Counted from the first letter of the stretch, positions 1-12,772 are shown. The stretch is 32,627 nucleotides of DNA from Chiloscyllium plagiosum (GCF_004010195.1 NC_057726.1:69064458-69097084); one strand, 5' to 3'. Numbers and translations: made by a program. Notes: generated from the sequence alone by a model not told the origin.

Positions 1-420
1 TCCAGCTTGAATGCGCGATTTATTCTTCAAACAGCTATTTGTTCTTAACTTCTTCAGTCTAAGTTTCTTTCTGTCCAATTCAGGTTACCCAATTGCACTA
101 CCCTTTTGTATTTTTAATTTTTTAAATGCCTTCTCTTTTTTCATTATATTTTATTTTTTCTACCTTTGCTTTACATTGCTCTCTGCTGTCTTCATTTTTT
201 CCCCAACTCAAGCATTCTTCTTGCCCATTCTCTTTTACTTTCTACCTCCTGTCTTTCAATTGCTATTAGCTTTTCATTCTCTTCCATTTTAAACCTTCTC
301 AATCACTTTCTGCCTTGCTTCTCTCAAACTCAAATCTTCTTTTCTTTAAAATAACTATTCTCATGGTGTTTTAGTTTTGGCCATGACATCTGAATTTTAG
401 TTTTCCTCACTTGGAGACCA
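1..420 (-). mobile_element. Possible decayed LTR-retroelement gag-like (K/E-rich) fragment
   Basis: Purine-rich minus strand giving stop-interrupted K/E-rich translation; no diagnostic motif. Confidence 0.25.
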
Positions 421-967
421 GTATAAGTCATAGCTGACTAGGAATTGGACCAAGATCCTTGAGGGGAGGTTTGTTAATTCTTCTGCAGTGGATCTCATTT
501 GGACTGGAAAGTTGGTGGCAGTTCAGAGGGGAGGGAAGATGAGAATGAATTAAAAGCTAATGCATGTAAAAGTAATAAAAAGCTAAAAAGATCAATTGAT
601 AAGTTTAACAAGGCTAAATGTTTTAACCAGTAATTTAAATATTTAATGAGAGAAGGCTGAGCAGTACCTCACTAGTTGAATGTAACCAACAAGTGCAATT
701 CCTTCAATGTGATTCTTGCAGATCAGGATGCGAAGAGTGACAACTCTTGGGCAGTAATTTTAAGGAAATGTAGCAATGAATAAGTATGAATTATATTGTT
801 TAACATGTTAAACTGCTGAGAATGACATCAAAATATAACGCATTGATATTATTTTAATTGAAATTGTTGGACAGGACATACTTATAGATGATTATGGTGT
901 TGCCCGGGGGAAATTTTCTATTGGCATGATTCTGAATTGACCAGTTTCTTGATGAGTCTGTGCACTG

Positions 968-1145
968 ATTAGATTAAATTAGTTTCAATACAATGTAGAA
1001 GCAGGCCCTTCGGCCCAACAAATCCACACCAACCCTGTGAAGAGTAACCCACCCAGACCCATTTCTCCCTGAATGATGCACCTAACACTATGGGCAATTT
1101 ACGCAGACACGGGGAGAATGTGCAAACTCCACACAGACAAGTCAG
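968..1145 (-). mobile_element. tRNA-derived V-SINE (HE1-like), partial
   Basis: Family core TGTGTGGAGTTTGCACATTCTCCCCGTGTCTGCGT and 3' GGGCCGAAGGGCCTG on the minus strand. Confidence 0.8.
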
Positions 1146-1254
1146 CTCTTGCAATTTTCATTTAAGCCTCCTGATGGTGCTAAGGTGTACCGTGAGAGGT
1201 CAACTGTGTATGATCGCCTATGCCAATTTGGGCACATAGATTATTTTTTTAAAA

Positions 1255-1600
1255 ATCATTCACGGGACCAGGTGGTCACTAACTCGGTCAGCATTTATTT
1301 CCCATCCCTAATTGCACAGAGGATATTTTAAAGTCAACCACATTGCTGCGGGTCTGGAGTCACATGTAGGCCAGACCAGGACAGGATGGCAGTTTCTTTC
1401 CCTAAAGGGTGTAAGTGAAGTGATTTATTCATTTGATGTGGAGTGGTCTATTCATTTTCATTACATTGTAGCAGTTTTCAACAAATATGTGACGTCCGAG
1501 GCCATTTTAAAACGCAGGTGTGAATCAAGCTTGTGACTGTGGACCTGTAGTCACATGTAGGCCAGAGCAGACAGACATGGCAGACTTTCTTCTGTCACGT
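1255..1600 (-). mobile_element. Deu/SacSINE-like SINE fragments
   Basis: CAGCATTTATT-CCCATCCCTAATTGC and GAGTCACATGTAGGCCAGA motifs; related fragments at about 10700-10860, 21185-21350 and 26890-27230. Confidence 0.45.
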
Positions 1601-2795
1601 ACACTCAATGAAGCAGATCAGTTTGTGCAATAATGAACAACTAATTAGATTAGGTTCTAATTCCAATTTCAAACAAAATGCTACACCATCTCCCATGCTG
1701 AGGTTCAAAGCCGGGCCACTTGCAAATTATTTAAGATCAGGATCACGAAGCCATAGCATTATGACACCACTTGCCTTGTCCAACCCAATATGATTTTAAT
1801 AAGAAGTATCATCCACTTTACATTAGTAAGTAATGTACCACCATGCTAAATCTGAAAACTTAAACCTGCCAATCTTACTGTCCATCATATATCTCATCTT
1901 GTTTCCGTTGTCATATGTCTTCAAGGAATTCCATTGCATCACTAAAGGCTTCAGGGTGATATTGTAGTTGCAATACTGATGTGTGCTTTTATTTGTACAG
2001 GATTAATTGCATCTTTAGTGCTCTTCTTCACCATAGTGGGTGATAATTTAATCTCTTAAAGCTCCTTGAGTTAGCTTTTGCCTTTTCCTATCTGGAACCA
2101 ATTCTGTCCTTGGACATATTACTGAGAGTCTTATCCTGTGCAACAACTTATCAGATTATATCCATTTGAGATATTTTTTCTCATGACAAACTCACAATTT
2201 CTTTACATGATGTGTGCCTCCATAAAACAACAGATGTATTCGTCTCCTTTTGTATTTATTACTAACAATTTGTCGTTAAAACTATATATTCGAGGTGCCT
2301 GGAGTAGCGCATGTGTTGAACTGGTTATAATTTTTGCCATCTACAGATTTACTTCATCTGGTTTAAAACTTACCATGATAACCAAAATCTTCCAAATAGA
2401 TTATGAATTCAGGTAAAGAGCTGCATAACCATGTGCATACTTTGTCGCCTTCACCTTCATAATGTGCTCGCCTTTATGATGAGTATTAATGCAAGTTTTG
2501 TTTTTAAACTAATATGAACGTGAAGTGAAGGATGTGGACTTAGCGCTTCAATGAACCACGCATATCGTCATGGGTACTCACAGGATAATAAAACCGATGA
2601 TTTCCATATTATGCTTTGTTCAGAAAATCCATTGTGATTGCTCTTCAAAATTGGATTCGTGACTATCATTGACAATTTCCTTCAGTGTTACTTATTGCAA
2701 TGCGTGTTCTTCCTGCTCATGTTGTTACTAGATTAAACAATAACGCTTGATTGTTATTTTCTTTCCCCAAAAAATACAACAGCCTTCAGTTAAAA

Positions 2796-2832
2796 ATGCA
2801 CCTCATGATTATATCTCTTTTTTTGGTTGTAG
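2796..2832 (+). pseudogene. Upstream paralog pseudogene, leader exon
   Basis: MHLMIISLFLVV then phase-1 donor G|GTAGTT; a 60-nt intron leads to the TTTTCAGCAG acceptor. Confidence 0.6.
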
Positions 2833-2892
2833 GTAGTTTTACACTTTCTTACATTTTTTAACTTGTTTTTTCCTGATGGCATTTATTTTCAG

Positions 2893-3301
2893 CAGAACGG
2901 ACAACCCTAAGGCAGAAACTTCTCATTCAGCAAAATAAAGCTTCCACAGCTGTTCCGATAGCGTTGCATGCATCTTCAAGAACGATCATTCGTCCGATGT
3001 GATAGGTAAAAACAAGGACTGCAGATGCTGGAAACCAGAGTCCAGATTAGAGTGGTGCTGGAAACGCACAGCCGATCAGGCAGCATCCGAGGAACAGGAA
3101 AACCAACGTTTCGGCAAAAGCCGAATAAAAGCCGATGTGATAATTATCCGATGGGTATGGTTGTGACAGCAGATGCTATGTGTCTGTGATATGAACCATT
3201 CATTAGAATTTGATTTTTTAAAATTTCTTCGGCAGTTTATCTTGGAGTAGCAAATGAAGGGACTCCAATCAATGATCGCAAGACTTGATACCTCATGTGA
3301 G
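2893..3301 (+). pseudogene. Upstream paralog pseudogene, decayed V exon split by a retro-insertion
   Basis: Frameshifted remnants DSVACIFKNDHSSDVI/IIRW, SLEFDFLK and SAVYLGVANEGTPIN; donor G|GTTAAA resembles the intact gene's G|GTTAAT. Confidence 0.55.
3005..3131 (-). mobile_element. Penelope-derived short insert
   Basis: Same family as 14510-14682; 11-bp TSD CCGATGTGATA at 2994-3004 and 3132-3142. Confidence 0.8.
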
Positions 3302-3497
3302 GTTAAATCTTTATTATAAGTGTCATCTGTTTGTCTATCAATTCTCTGGCTATCTAGTTTTCTCTCTGTTAAACATATATCTATCAGCATATCATCATCA
3401 CTTTCTGTCAATTGTATAAATGTAAGTGTGTCTCCCGCTCACAATTATGTCATATTCATTCTGATGTGCCAACGAGCGATAATATTTACACAATGGT

Positions 3498-3545
3498 ATT
3501 CGTAACTTTCACTGAGAAAAAATTCGTAACTTTCACTGAGAAAAA
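3498..3545. repeat. 24-bp perfect tandem duplication
   Basis: ATTCGTAACTTTCACTGAGAAAAA occurs twice head to tail. Confidence 0.9.
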
Positions 3546-3810
3546 AATGGCAAATGAAATCAAACCGAAAATGTAATAAATAAATCAACTGATATTGTTG
3601 CAGTTTTAATCAAATATTAGCAGGAAATATTGAGAAAAATGTATCTGCTGAATAACTGTGAGATAAATAGTAGTTTTTAATGTTTTCATAACCACAAAAT
3701 ATTCTTATTTTTGGAGAATACCTCATGTAATAGGATCGCTTAAATACATAAGCCGTCACACAGAATTCTGCTTTTGAATGTGATGACATTTCCCTTCTTC
3801 ATAAATTGTG

Positions 3811-4115
3811 CTGCTCCAGTTCCCATGAAGATTATTCACACAACATCCGGAGTGAGTTCATTTTCTTCTCGTGTACTTGAATTCAGAACGGCCGTATTTT
3901 ACATAAAATAATACCAACTCACTTGATATAAGAATGGTATTGAAATTCTGGCTGGATTTAAAACTATACAACGCACCAATGCACAGGGACTTTATGAAGT
4001 ATTCAGCTTATTAACCGAGATGCAACTTCGACACAGCAGTGTAGATTATACCTGCAGATTGTTGCATGTTTCACTCCTGACTCCAGCAATTACCATCTAC
4101 ATATTTTGCACCGAG
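3811..4115 (+). pseudogene. Upstream paralog pseudogene, C1 exon
   Basis: AAPVPMKII...VLEFRTAVFYIK*YQLT*YKNGIEILAGFKTIQRTNAQGLYEVFSLL...YTCRLLHVS is colinear with 13971-14276. Stops at 3909 and 3924 (conserved Trp to TGA), first Cys is Phe (3882), acceptor AG is TG. Confidence 0.9.
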
Positions 4116-4564
4116 GTGATGTAAACTTTTTCATGTCGAGCATCTAGTCATTGAAAATAGAACAGATATTCACAAACAAAAAAGTCAGTCTTCAAAAACA
4201 GAAAAAGAAATAAAGTTATCGATTTAAAGTTCTTCTGATGCGACGTTCACTAATAATTTAGAAAGAAAGAGGTGGTAGCAGAGTAACCATCAGTGCAATA
4301 TGTGAGTGACAGTGCAAATAAATTATAGTTTTAATGTTTTGTTATCCACAATGTTCTTGGAGAATGTCTTATGCAAGAGACAGATCCACTCCTTGTTTGA
4401 GGAGTGTGACTACTAAATTACGCATAAATATAAACATGCCCTCAAACCATGCTTTTGCCGTTTCGCATTTGTTGTTTTGGAAAAACAAATTATTCCATGA
4501 AATGTTTGGCATACGTTCCACATTACATGCCGAGTGTCATAGAATGGTAAATTCAGTAAAAAGG

Positions 4565-5505
4565 TAGCAAACGGTCAGACCACAACAATATAGAGACAGC
4601 ATGGTCCTGTTAGCTCGAAGGGCAAGGCTGGTAGGTGAAGGGAATGCTGGATGACTGGAGAAATTGAGGTTCTGGTCAAGAAAAAGAAGAAAGGTCATAT
4701 CAAGCAAAGACAGCAGGGATCACTGAATCCCTAGTGAGTATAAGTGCAGTGGGAGCAAACTTAAGGGGAAATATGATTAGATAGCCTACTTGATGGAAAC
4801 AGGCCCTTCATCCCAACAAGTCCACACCGACCTTCTGAAGAGGAGTAATCCATACAGACCCCATTCCTCTACATTAACCCCCAACTAAAACTACGGGTAA
4901 TTTAGCATGGCCAATTCACCTAACTGTGGAAGGAAACCCATGCAGACACAAAGAGAATGCATAAACTTCATACAGATAGTCGCCTGAGGCGGGAATTGAA
5001 CCGGGTCCATAGCATGGTGATGCAGCAGTCCTAACCACTGAACCACCGTGCCGCCCTAAGGCAAAAAAAAAGTGAGCATGAGATAGCTTTGGCAAATAGG
5101 GTTAAGGAGAATCTAACTGGTTTCTACAAATCCATGAAGGTTAAAAGAGGGCAGGAATGTCGCCATGTTTGGAACCACAGGAGATGAATGAGATACCGAC
5201 GAGTATTTTGCATCAGTGTTTACTGTGGAGTAGGATATAGAAGCAAGTGAACTTGGGAAATAAATAGCATATCCTGAAAAGAGTCCATAATACAGAAGAT
5301 GTGCTGGACATCTTAAAATGCATGTAGGTGGCTACATCCCTGGGACCGGATCAGGTCTATCTGAGAACTTAGTCAAAAGAGGGGCAAGTGATTACTGGCG
5401 CCCTTGTTAAGACATTTCTATCATTGATAGCCACAGGTGAGGTGCCGGAAAACTGGACGTTGGCTAACATGGTGCCATTATTTTAGAAAGTTGGTAAGAA
5501 AAAGA
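4565..5505 (+). mobile_element. CR1-clade LINE ORF2 fragment (interrupted by SINE)
   Basis: Decayed ORF2 motifs EYFASVFT, PGPDQVY and TGEVPENWTLANMVPLF. Confidence 0.75.
4776..5056 (-). mobile_element. tRNA-derived V-SINE (HE1-like), near full length, inside CR1
   Basis: Minus-strand head GGGCGGCACGGTGGTTCAGTGGTTAG (A box) and GGTTCAATTCC (B box). Confidence 0.85.
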
Positions 5506-5664
5506 AAGTTGGCAAGAATATCCTTCCTCTGAAAAAGTCCATACAATATTCTTCTGAAAATCTGAAATCTGCAGGTGGTACATCAATTCATTTGGTCTTC
5601 CCTGCAATCTAACTGTGGCCTTACTTTTCAGTTTTCTTCAACCTTTGATCCCATTCGCCTCACA

Positions 5665-6467
5665 TGTGATGACACAGAGGTTGAATCTCTGTGTTAATTG
5701 AAACCAAACACCCAGAAAAGCTCACCTTATCTCATAAAATGTGTGTGAGTGAAAGAGAACTCCTAATTTTCACGACTTAAAGAAAAATAACAATTTATTT
5801 TTCTAACTATATTCGTATACACAAAACAAAAATGATTAACAGGTCTAAACTTTTTTTGTTTCTTCACTAATCACTATCCGACTCTAATTGTAGAAAAATA
5901 CTGCTCCAGTAACACAATTATTAAACATAACATTAATTTAATCCCAAGTCCACACAGTCTCTCGTGCTGTCTTCTTTTTGGTCTTCTGGTTCTCCTGTCT
6001 TCTCTCTGGGTCTTCTTTCCTTTTACTATGATTATTCTCACAGGAAAAAGTACCTTTAGATAGATAGTGCCTTCTGAAATTTCCTTGCGAGCAAAATGTG
6101 TATTTCCTCTGGTGGCCTTTGCTCTTCAGCTCTACAGCAGTTGCCCTGATCAATTTTCAAAATGCCGATGACCTTTATACCCTCAATATCATTCCGTGTC
6201 ATTTGTCCACTGTTGTCAATACAATAAATTCAAACTCAACTGGGTTTTATTATCCTGGACATAATTTAAGTTAATTAGTTAAATTTGAATTGTTGTCAAA
6301 ACTGCAACCAACATGCAGGTATCCATTTAACAGCATGTATCTATTTTGGAATAGCCTGTCTCTTAGCTGTTATATTCTCGCAGTGTAGCTGTACTTTAAC
6401 TTTACTTTACAATTCAGAAAACACTTTTTATCTTAAAGTGAATATGCACACTTTTGACTTTGTAACA
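5665..6467. mobile_element. Possible solo LTR inserted in a CR1 3' end
   Basis: TGTGATGA...TTGTAACA termini; CR1 3' sequence appears continuous across it; no TSD seen. Confidence 0.35.
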
Positions 6468-7590
6468 AGTGCTGCATCCAGCCGCCTCTTGAATACATCC
6501 AATGTTGTTGCATCAACTACTTCCTATGGTAATGAATTCCACATACACATCACTGTTTGAGTTAAGAAATGTCTTCTCATCTCCATTCTAAATGGTCCAC
6601 TCCGAATCTTCAGAGTGTGACACCAGGTCCTGGATACACCCATCATCAGAATCATCCTCCTTGTCTTTTCATGTTAGGACTTTATAAATGTCAATGAAAT
6701 CCCCGGTCATTCATCTGCACTCCAGGGAAAACAATCCTCACTTAGTCAATCTCTCCTCTTCCATTAGTCCTGCCATCCCTGGAATCAGCCTGGTAGTCCT
6801 TCACTGGTCTTCCTCAAGAGCACGAGCATCCTTCCTCAGAAAAGGAGACCAAAAGTGCACACAATATTCTAGGTGTGGCCTCATCAATTCCCCGTGTAAC
6901 TACAACGGCACATCCCTGCTCCTGTACACAAAACCTCTCACAATCAAGGCCAACATACCATTTTCCAGCAACTTTACCACTTGTTGCACTGCATGCTAAC
7001 CTTCAGCGACTGGTGCACACGTCCTGCTGCACCCTCCCCTCTCCCAACTTACAGCAATTCATGTAGTCATCTGCCTTCTTGGCATTGCTTTCAAAGTGAA
7101 TAACTTCACATTTATCCAAATTATACTGCATCTGCCATTGATTTGCTCACTCACCTGACCTGTCGAGATCAATCTGAGGGATCTCTGCATTTTCATAGCA
7201 ATTTACTCACCCACCCAACTTGGTATCATCTGCAAACTTTGAGATGTTACATTTGTTCCCTCATCGAAATCATTAATATATATTGTGATTAGCTTGGGTC
7301 CCAGCACTTATTCCTATGGCACCACATTAGTCAGTGGCTGCCAACCTAAAAAGGACCCATTAATTTCAACTCACTGTTTCCTCTCGGCTAATCGGTTTTA
7401 TATCAATCTCAATAACTTCGTCAATCTCATGCACTTTAATCTTGCACAATAATCTTTTATGTAGGACATTGTCAAACACTTTCTGAAAATCCAAATGTGC
7501 TCAGTGACTGGCTCCACCTAGTCAATTCTACTAATTATATCTGCATGGGCTTCCAACAGATTTGTCAAGCATGATTTCCCCTTTGATAGA
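6468..7590 (-). mobile_element. CR1-clade LINE 3' fragment
   Basis: Minus-strand RT remnants, including KFADDTKLG (+ strand CCCAACTTGGTATCATCTGCAAACTT) and DFQKVFDNV. Confidence 0.85.
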
Positions 7591-7714
7591 CAACATCTTT
7601 GCCCTTTGATAGACCATGACTTTCTACATATAATCCATTGCCTCCACTATTTAGTTTAAGAGTCTCTCTATTTACCAAGTAATGCCAGCCACAAGAACAT
7701 TATTCCTAACATGG

Positions 7715-7828
7715 ATAAAAGCAAATTACTGCAGATGCTGGAATCTGAAACCAAAAGAGAGCTTTGACAAAGGGTCAGTTAGACTCGAAACGTCAGCTCT
7801 TTTCTCTCCTTACAGATGCTGCCATATC
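7715..7828. mobile_element. Penelope-derived short insert
   Basis: Near-identical to parts of 13519-13735; flanked by direct repeat CCTAACATGG. Confidence 0.75.
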
Positions 7829-8412
7829 CCTAACATGGTTCTGGTCAATCACAATGGCAAAGACACCACTTTCCTCAGTACAGCTGGCTGTGACAAATGA
7901 CCAACTTCTCTCTCAGAATTCTTTGGAAGGATGCCACTGTTAATCACTGATGGTATTTGAGCCTTATTTAGAGATGACCATTGATCTGTCGCACCTTCCC
8001 CGAGGGAGAAAAATGCTCGAGACAAGTGCTGTCCATTCAAATGTGGTAGATTGAGTTGGTGCATTTGCTGGTGAATTCCCAAGTATTTTCACTAATCTCA
8101 ATAGATAAAAAAAACAGTTTTAGTCGATGGTCTTCATTGGGACCATTCTGTACACCAGCACTACCTGTTGTTTATAGCCCAGGTGAAAATTTGATTCAGC
8201 CTGTTGTCAATATGTCCCTTCATCCACAGATAACAGTTTCTATTGGAAAGCACATTCTCATGAAATCCTGCAGTTGTTTAAGTTTCACTTAATACCGAAT
8301 GTATCTTTCGTCATCAGTTCATGCTAATTGAATTAATTCTAGTTGTCTCCACTCCCCCTTGGAAAAGCACGCTAACTTCATGTTATCTCATTTTTAAAAA
8401 AAATAGCAAAGT

Positions 8413-8540
8413 ACCTTAATGAAGGGTTTTTGCCCGAAATGTCGATTTTTCTGCTCTTCGGATGCTGCCTGGCCTGCTGTGCTTTTCCAGCACCACACTC
8501 CCGACTCTAATCTCCAGCATCTGTCATCCTCACTTTCGCC
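8413..8540 (+). mobile_element. Penelope-derived short insert with degenerate hammerhead core
   Basis: TTAATGAAGGGTTTTTGCCCGAAATGTCGA followed by the family body. Confidence 0.7.
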
Positions 8541-8774
8541 GCATTGTGGAGTGTCCTACTTTGGAGCCAAGAAGACTGGGTCCAAGTCCCATTTCCTCCA
8601 GAGGTATGTAATATATAATGTCAAACATTGTTGTCGCACCTTTTCTGATTTATATGTTTTGAACCAGTTATAGATATTTCAATGATGTATAGCCTGCATT
8701 CATTCCTTACGTAATCGCCGATGCTTAGCCGCTGTCATGCCTTTTAATAAAATTACATACTTACTGTAGTCAAG

Positions 8775-8933
8775 TAGGTTCGCTGAATTGGCCATGCTAA
8801 ATTGCCCATAGTGTTAGATGAAGGGGTAAAATGTAGGGGAATGGGTTTGGGTGGGTTGCTCTTCGAGGGGTCGGTGTGGACTTGTTGGGGCGAAGGGCCT
8901 GTTTCTACACTGTAAGTAATCTAATCTAATCTA
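8775..8933 (+). mobile_element. V-SINE 3' half with (TAATC)n tail
   Basis: TGAATTGGCCATGCTAAATTGCCC...GAAGGGCCTGTTTC...TAATCTAATCTAATCTAA. Confidence 0.8.
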
Positions 8934-9050
8934 AAAAAGATATCCATCACAATTCTGTGTTTTCCTCTGTTTAGCTATAGGATCCTTACTTTACTTCCAA
9001 TCCCAATAAATAATCAGTTTATTTATTGATGCCATCATAAGATTCTAATT

Positions 9051-9363
9051 GGATGGCATGGTGACACACTTGTTTCATAGCACTGGGGTCTTGGGTTCGA
9101 TTCCAGCCTCATTGACTGCCTGTGTACATTCTCCCCGTGTTTGCTTGGGTTTCCTGCGGGTGTTCTGGTTTCCTCCCCCAGCCCAAAGATGTGCAGGTTC
9201 AGTGGATTGGTAATGCTAAATTGCCTAGATTGTGTAGGATAGATGGGTGTGCTGTGATAAACGTGAGGTTACGGATTGGGTAGGATGCCCGTCGGAATGT
9301 CGGTGCGGAGGATCAGTAGATGTGCTAACAGGTCTCTCACTGCACTGTAAGAATTCTATGATT
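9051..9363 (+). mobile_element. V-SINE (HE1-like)
   Basis: B box GGTTCGATTCC, family core, tail TTCTATGATTC. Confidence 0.75.
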
Positions 9364-11290
9364 CAAAGGCAGACATAATTTAATTAATGTTTGAAATATA
9401 CCAGGGCTTATTAAATGACTAATATAAATCAGACATTTATTTTCATGAATATTCACCTTGGCTGTTTGTTGAGATGCTGTTCAGAGTGTTGATGCAAACT
9501 CGATGGGCCGAATTTCCGCACTGCAGGAATTCTTGTCTAAAATGACAATTAACATTCAGCCATAGTTAATCTTTGAAAGAATAAGCAAATTTCGCAGCTG
9601 TTCACAAGGTGCTATTTTTCCTGAAATTTTGAGGTCGACTTCTTCGATAAACCTTGAGCTGGATATTTTCATTCAGTTGCAACGTGAGAGGCTGATTTGG
9701 GAAACGTATTGTGATTCTTCCAAGACAACTGCTGCATTGAAACGACTGTTGAAAGGATCTCTGTTAATTAACCGAAAATGCACAAATGCAGCGCATATGC
9801 GGACAGAAACTCTGGTCACTTCAAAACACAAACGCATTTATTTTTTATGCACAGCGCATTCAAAAGCGTTGAATGGACGTGTCCGTTCTACAGACTCAGT
9901 GTGCAGTCCATGAACCAGCTTTCATCCCACTCAGCCGAGCAGACAAGCAAGTGGAAACATTCTAGAGTTAACCTCAGGTCACGAAATACAACTTCCCTCT
10001 ACTTCAGATTTCATACTTCTTTTAAACATTTCTAAAAGCTTTTATTTCACACACTTGGTATTGATCAGTTTTAACTTCTGGGTATTTATATTTCGAAATG
10101 ATAAACAGCAGAATAGCTAAAACTCTGCTCTACACACACACACACAAATCTGATCCAACCACCAGTGGATCAGCTCAAAATTTGCCATTTCTCCAATTTA
10201 ACAACTGATAGAAACAGCTCAATGTTGAAGATCTCGGCTTCAGAACTACACACATGCTTAACCATTGGTCTTTCTATGCAGTTGCAGACGAACCTGTGTC
10301 TGATAATATGGAAAAGTCTCAGTTGCGTCCTATCTCAAACAAGCACCGGAAAGAAAGATCACTGGACTCGTTAACTCTGTTTTTTGTCTCCACTGCGTGT
10401 ATCCAATGATGTCTGTTTTTGTTTCCGATCTCCAGCATTCGCAATTTCTTGTTTGATGTCCTGTCCCAAAATTAGAGCACTACTCATTCCAGCGAATTAA
10501 TTTCACAGTTTTTGCTCTCATCCACAATCACATGATGGAAGTTTCATTTAACAACGTTATGTGCAAACCAACGCATTAATAGCCCGTGAATCTTTTTTTA
10601 CTTAGTTTTGTGCTCGGCCTTGTTCTTTATATTCTGCCCATTCATCATTATGGGGTTAGCTTTTGAAACGAAACTGACAATATACCTTTTCATTGTTATT
10701 CTTTCCCGGAATTTGGCCGTTGTTGGCTCGGCCAATATGTATTGGACTTACCTAAATACTCCTGAGAAAGCTGTCTCAACCTGCCTCCTTAACCTGCTGT
10801 CGTCAATGTGGCTCAGATAAACCCAGTGAGAAGTTGGCGAGGGAATACAGGAGGGTTTCAGAAGCAGAGCAGGGGATTGTTGATACATATCATTGCGTGG
10901 AAGTGCATTACTCCTCTCTAAATAATAGAATTCAGGATTTTGCTGAAATCTCTGTACTCTCCTGAATGGCTATAAGCTCTCACAGAATGGAGAAGAACCA
11001 CGTCATTCCGGACAGAACAGAGACATTGAGGGGCGAGATATTCATTGCCTTAAAGCTTCAAGAAACAAACATTATCTCTTAAGATTAATTGTCAAGGATC
11101 ACCCAAAATAGAGAATAAACAAGATGGTATTCACTGTTATTTAGTTTCACTGGGCATTGTAATCAAACACTAATCTCAACTTATTTCTAAATGTGGATAG
11201 TATTAAAACCGCTACAGCAGACTGAAGCAATCACTGATCTACAACTTTACATACATTCTGTGCCCATTGTGAAGTCTTGGATTTTTTTTT

Positions 11291-11916
11291 TAGATTTACA
11301 TTCCTTACTGTGTGGAAACAGGCCACTCAGCCAAACAAGTCCACACTGACCCTCCGAAGAGTAACCCCTTGTTCTAACTAATGCTGTTCACTTAATGGGG
11401 CAACATCCTTTCATTAATGAGGCTATAATCAATCGCTTGTTTATCCTTCGGCATCCTCTTACCAAACTGTCTCGGATGGTTGCTTGTCGCGCCCCTCGAT
11501 GACCTTGGAGTAGCTTTTTTCAGTAGCTCTGTTTACGTTTCACTTAAACGCTGGAGTAGGCTGTTTAATTTGTTTATCTGTTGTCGGCCATTTTGTATTT
11601 TAATGCTGAAGCAGGCTATCTCATTCTACCTAAACCTTCTCGGCTACTTTGTGTCTTTCAAACATGGGCCGTCCTTACACCCACCAAACCGCAACCCCGC
11701 GGTCCCAGGGCGAACCCTTTGCCTGTATATTCTTGGACACCACACACAATGGCCATTCTAGCAAGCTTGTACATCTTTGGATGGTGGGAGTTAACCGGAG
11801 GACACGGCAAAAATCCACTCAGACAGGCAGAATGTGCAAACTCCACACTATCACCATCTTGAGCACGGATCCCTGGCACTGTGAGGCAGCAGTGCTAACC
11901 ACCGAGCCACCGTGCC
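11291..11916 (-). mobile_element. V-SINE split by an unrelated ~375-bp insert (11370-11746)
   Basis: SINE 3' part at 11291-11369 and 5' part at 11747-11916 with A box GGCACGGTGGCTCGGTGGTTAGC. Confidence 0.7.
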
Positions 11917-12368
11917 AAGCCAAGAATGCTTTTTCTTTGAAAGGGAAATTGTTGTATCCTGTGGCTGAATTGAAAGTCTGAAAATTGAAATTCTGAGAAA
12001 AATGTTCTCAAAGAAAGTACTGTATATTATTGTTGTGTGGACACCGGTAAAAGAACAACAAACAATGGGGTTTTGTGGATGTCCAGCCGATATTACACCT
12101 AAATCTAGTGGATCATGAGTGCACACGGATGATAGCAGTAGTTTCACCATCGAGGCCTAGACTTTGCTATAACCGCAGGTGACTATCAGTGTTAGCATTT
12201 CCGCTTGCCATTACGACAACAAGATCCTATTTGAAAACGCATGCATGTTGTCCACTCGGCAAGGAATGGGTCACGTGCTTCTTGACTTCTTTTGGCGCAA
12301 GTGATTAATATTGACTCTTAACTGACGTTCCAACGAATGTTCATCAGTGTCTTTTTTATATCAAATGT

Positions 12369-12450
12369 ATGATCTGCAAGATTGGCGTTGTCGCTATGTT
12401 TGTGAGTGGATCACTGTTAAATATATGGTTTTTGTGCATTTCATATCCAG
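12369..12450 (+). CDS. SIRP-like V-C1 IgSF receptor, exon 1 (signal peptide)
   Basis: ATG at 12369 gives MICKIGVVAMFVSGSLLNIWFLCISYP, a hydrophobic leader, ending in a phase-1 donor CAG|GTACAC that matches the phase of the V exon. Confidence 0.75.
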
Positions 12451-12772
12451 GTACACGCTCCTTCTTGCAGTGTTTGAAATGTCCTTTATAAGACAGAAGA
12501 ATAATTGAACTGTTATTTGACGGATAATCTGGCAGTTTTTGTTTTGTATGTTATTTTTCACACCAATGTTCCTTGTCCTAGGAATCCTGTGGTTAAGTAA
12601 AAATACATTTGCGATAATTCATTTCGGAGAGAAATTCAGATAGTGGAGCAGAATTCAAACAGCAAGGCATGCTAAATTCCTACCGTACAAGTGTACTGAA
12701 TTAATGATGCTACTTCGTGGTGTAATCCATTCTCCCTGCCGAATCAGTGTATTTGCCTTTTGTTAATAGCAG

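Noticed and set aside
11-354. Phe/Leu-rich ORFs
   Set aside because: Compositional artefact of a pyrimidine-rich strand.
6285-6560. Hydrophobic ORF as a membrane protein
   Set aside because: Lies within repeat-derived sequence, crosses a repeat boundary and starts at a non-ATG codon.
7830-8300. Possible additional exons on either strand
   Set aside because: No recognisable domain or consistent splice structure.
10606-10680. Hydrophobic exon-like stretch (LCSALFFIFCPFIIMGLAF) as the pseudogene's TM exon
   Set aside because: No similarity to the intact TM exon; T-rich DNA readily yields such translations.
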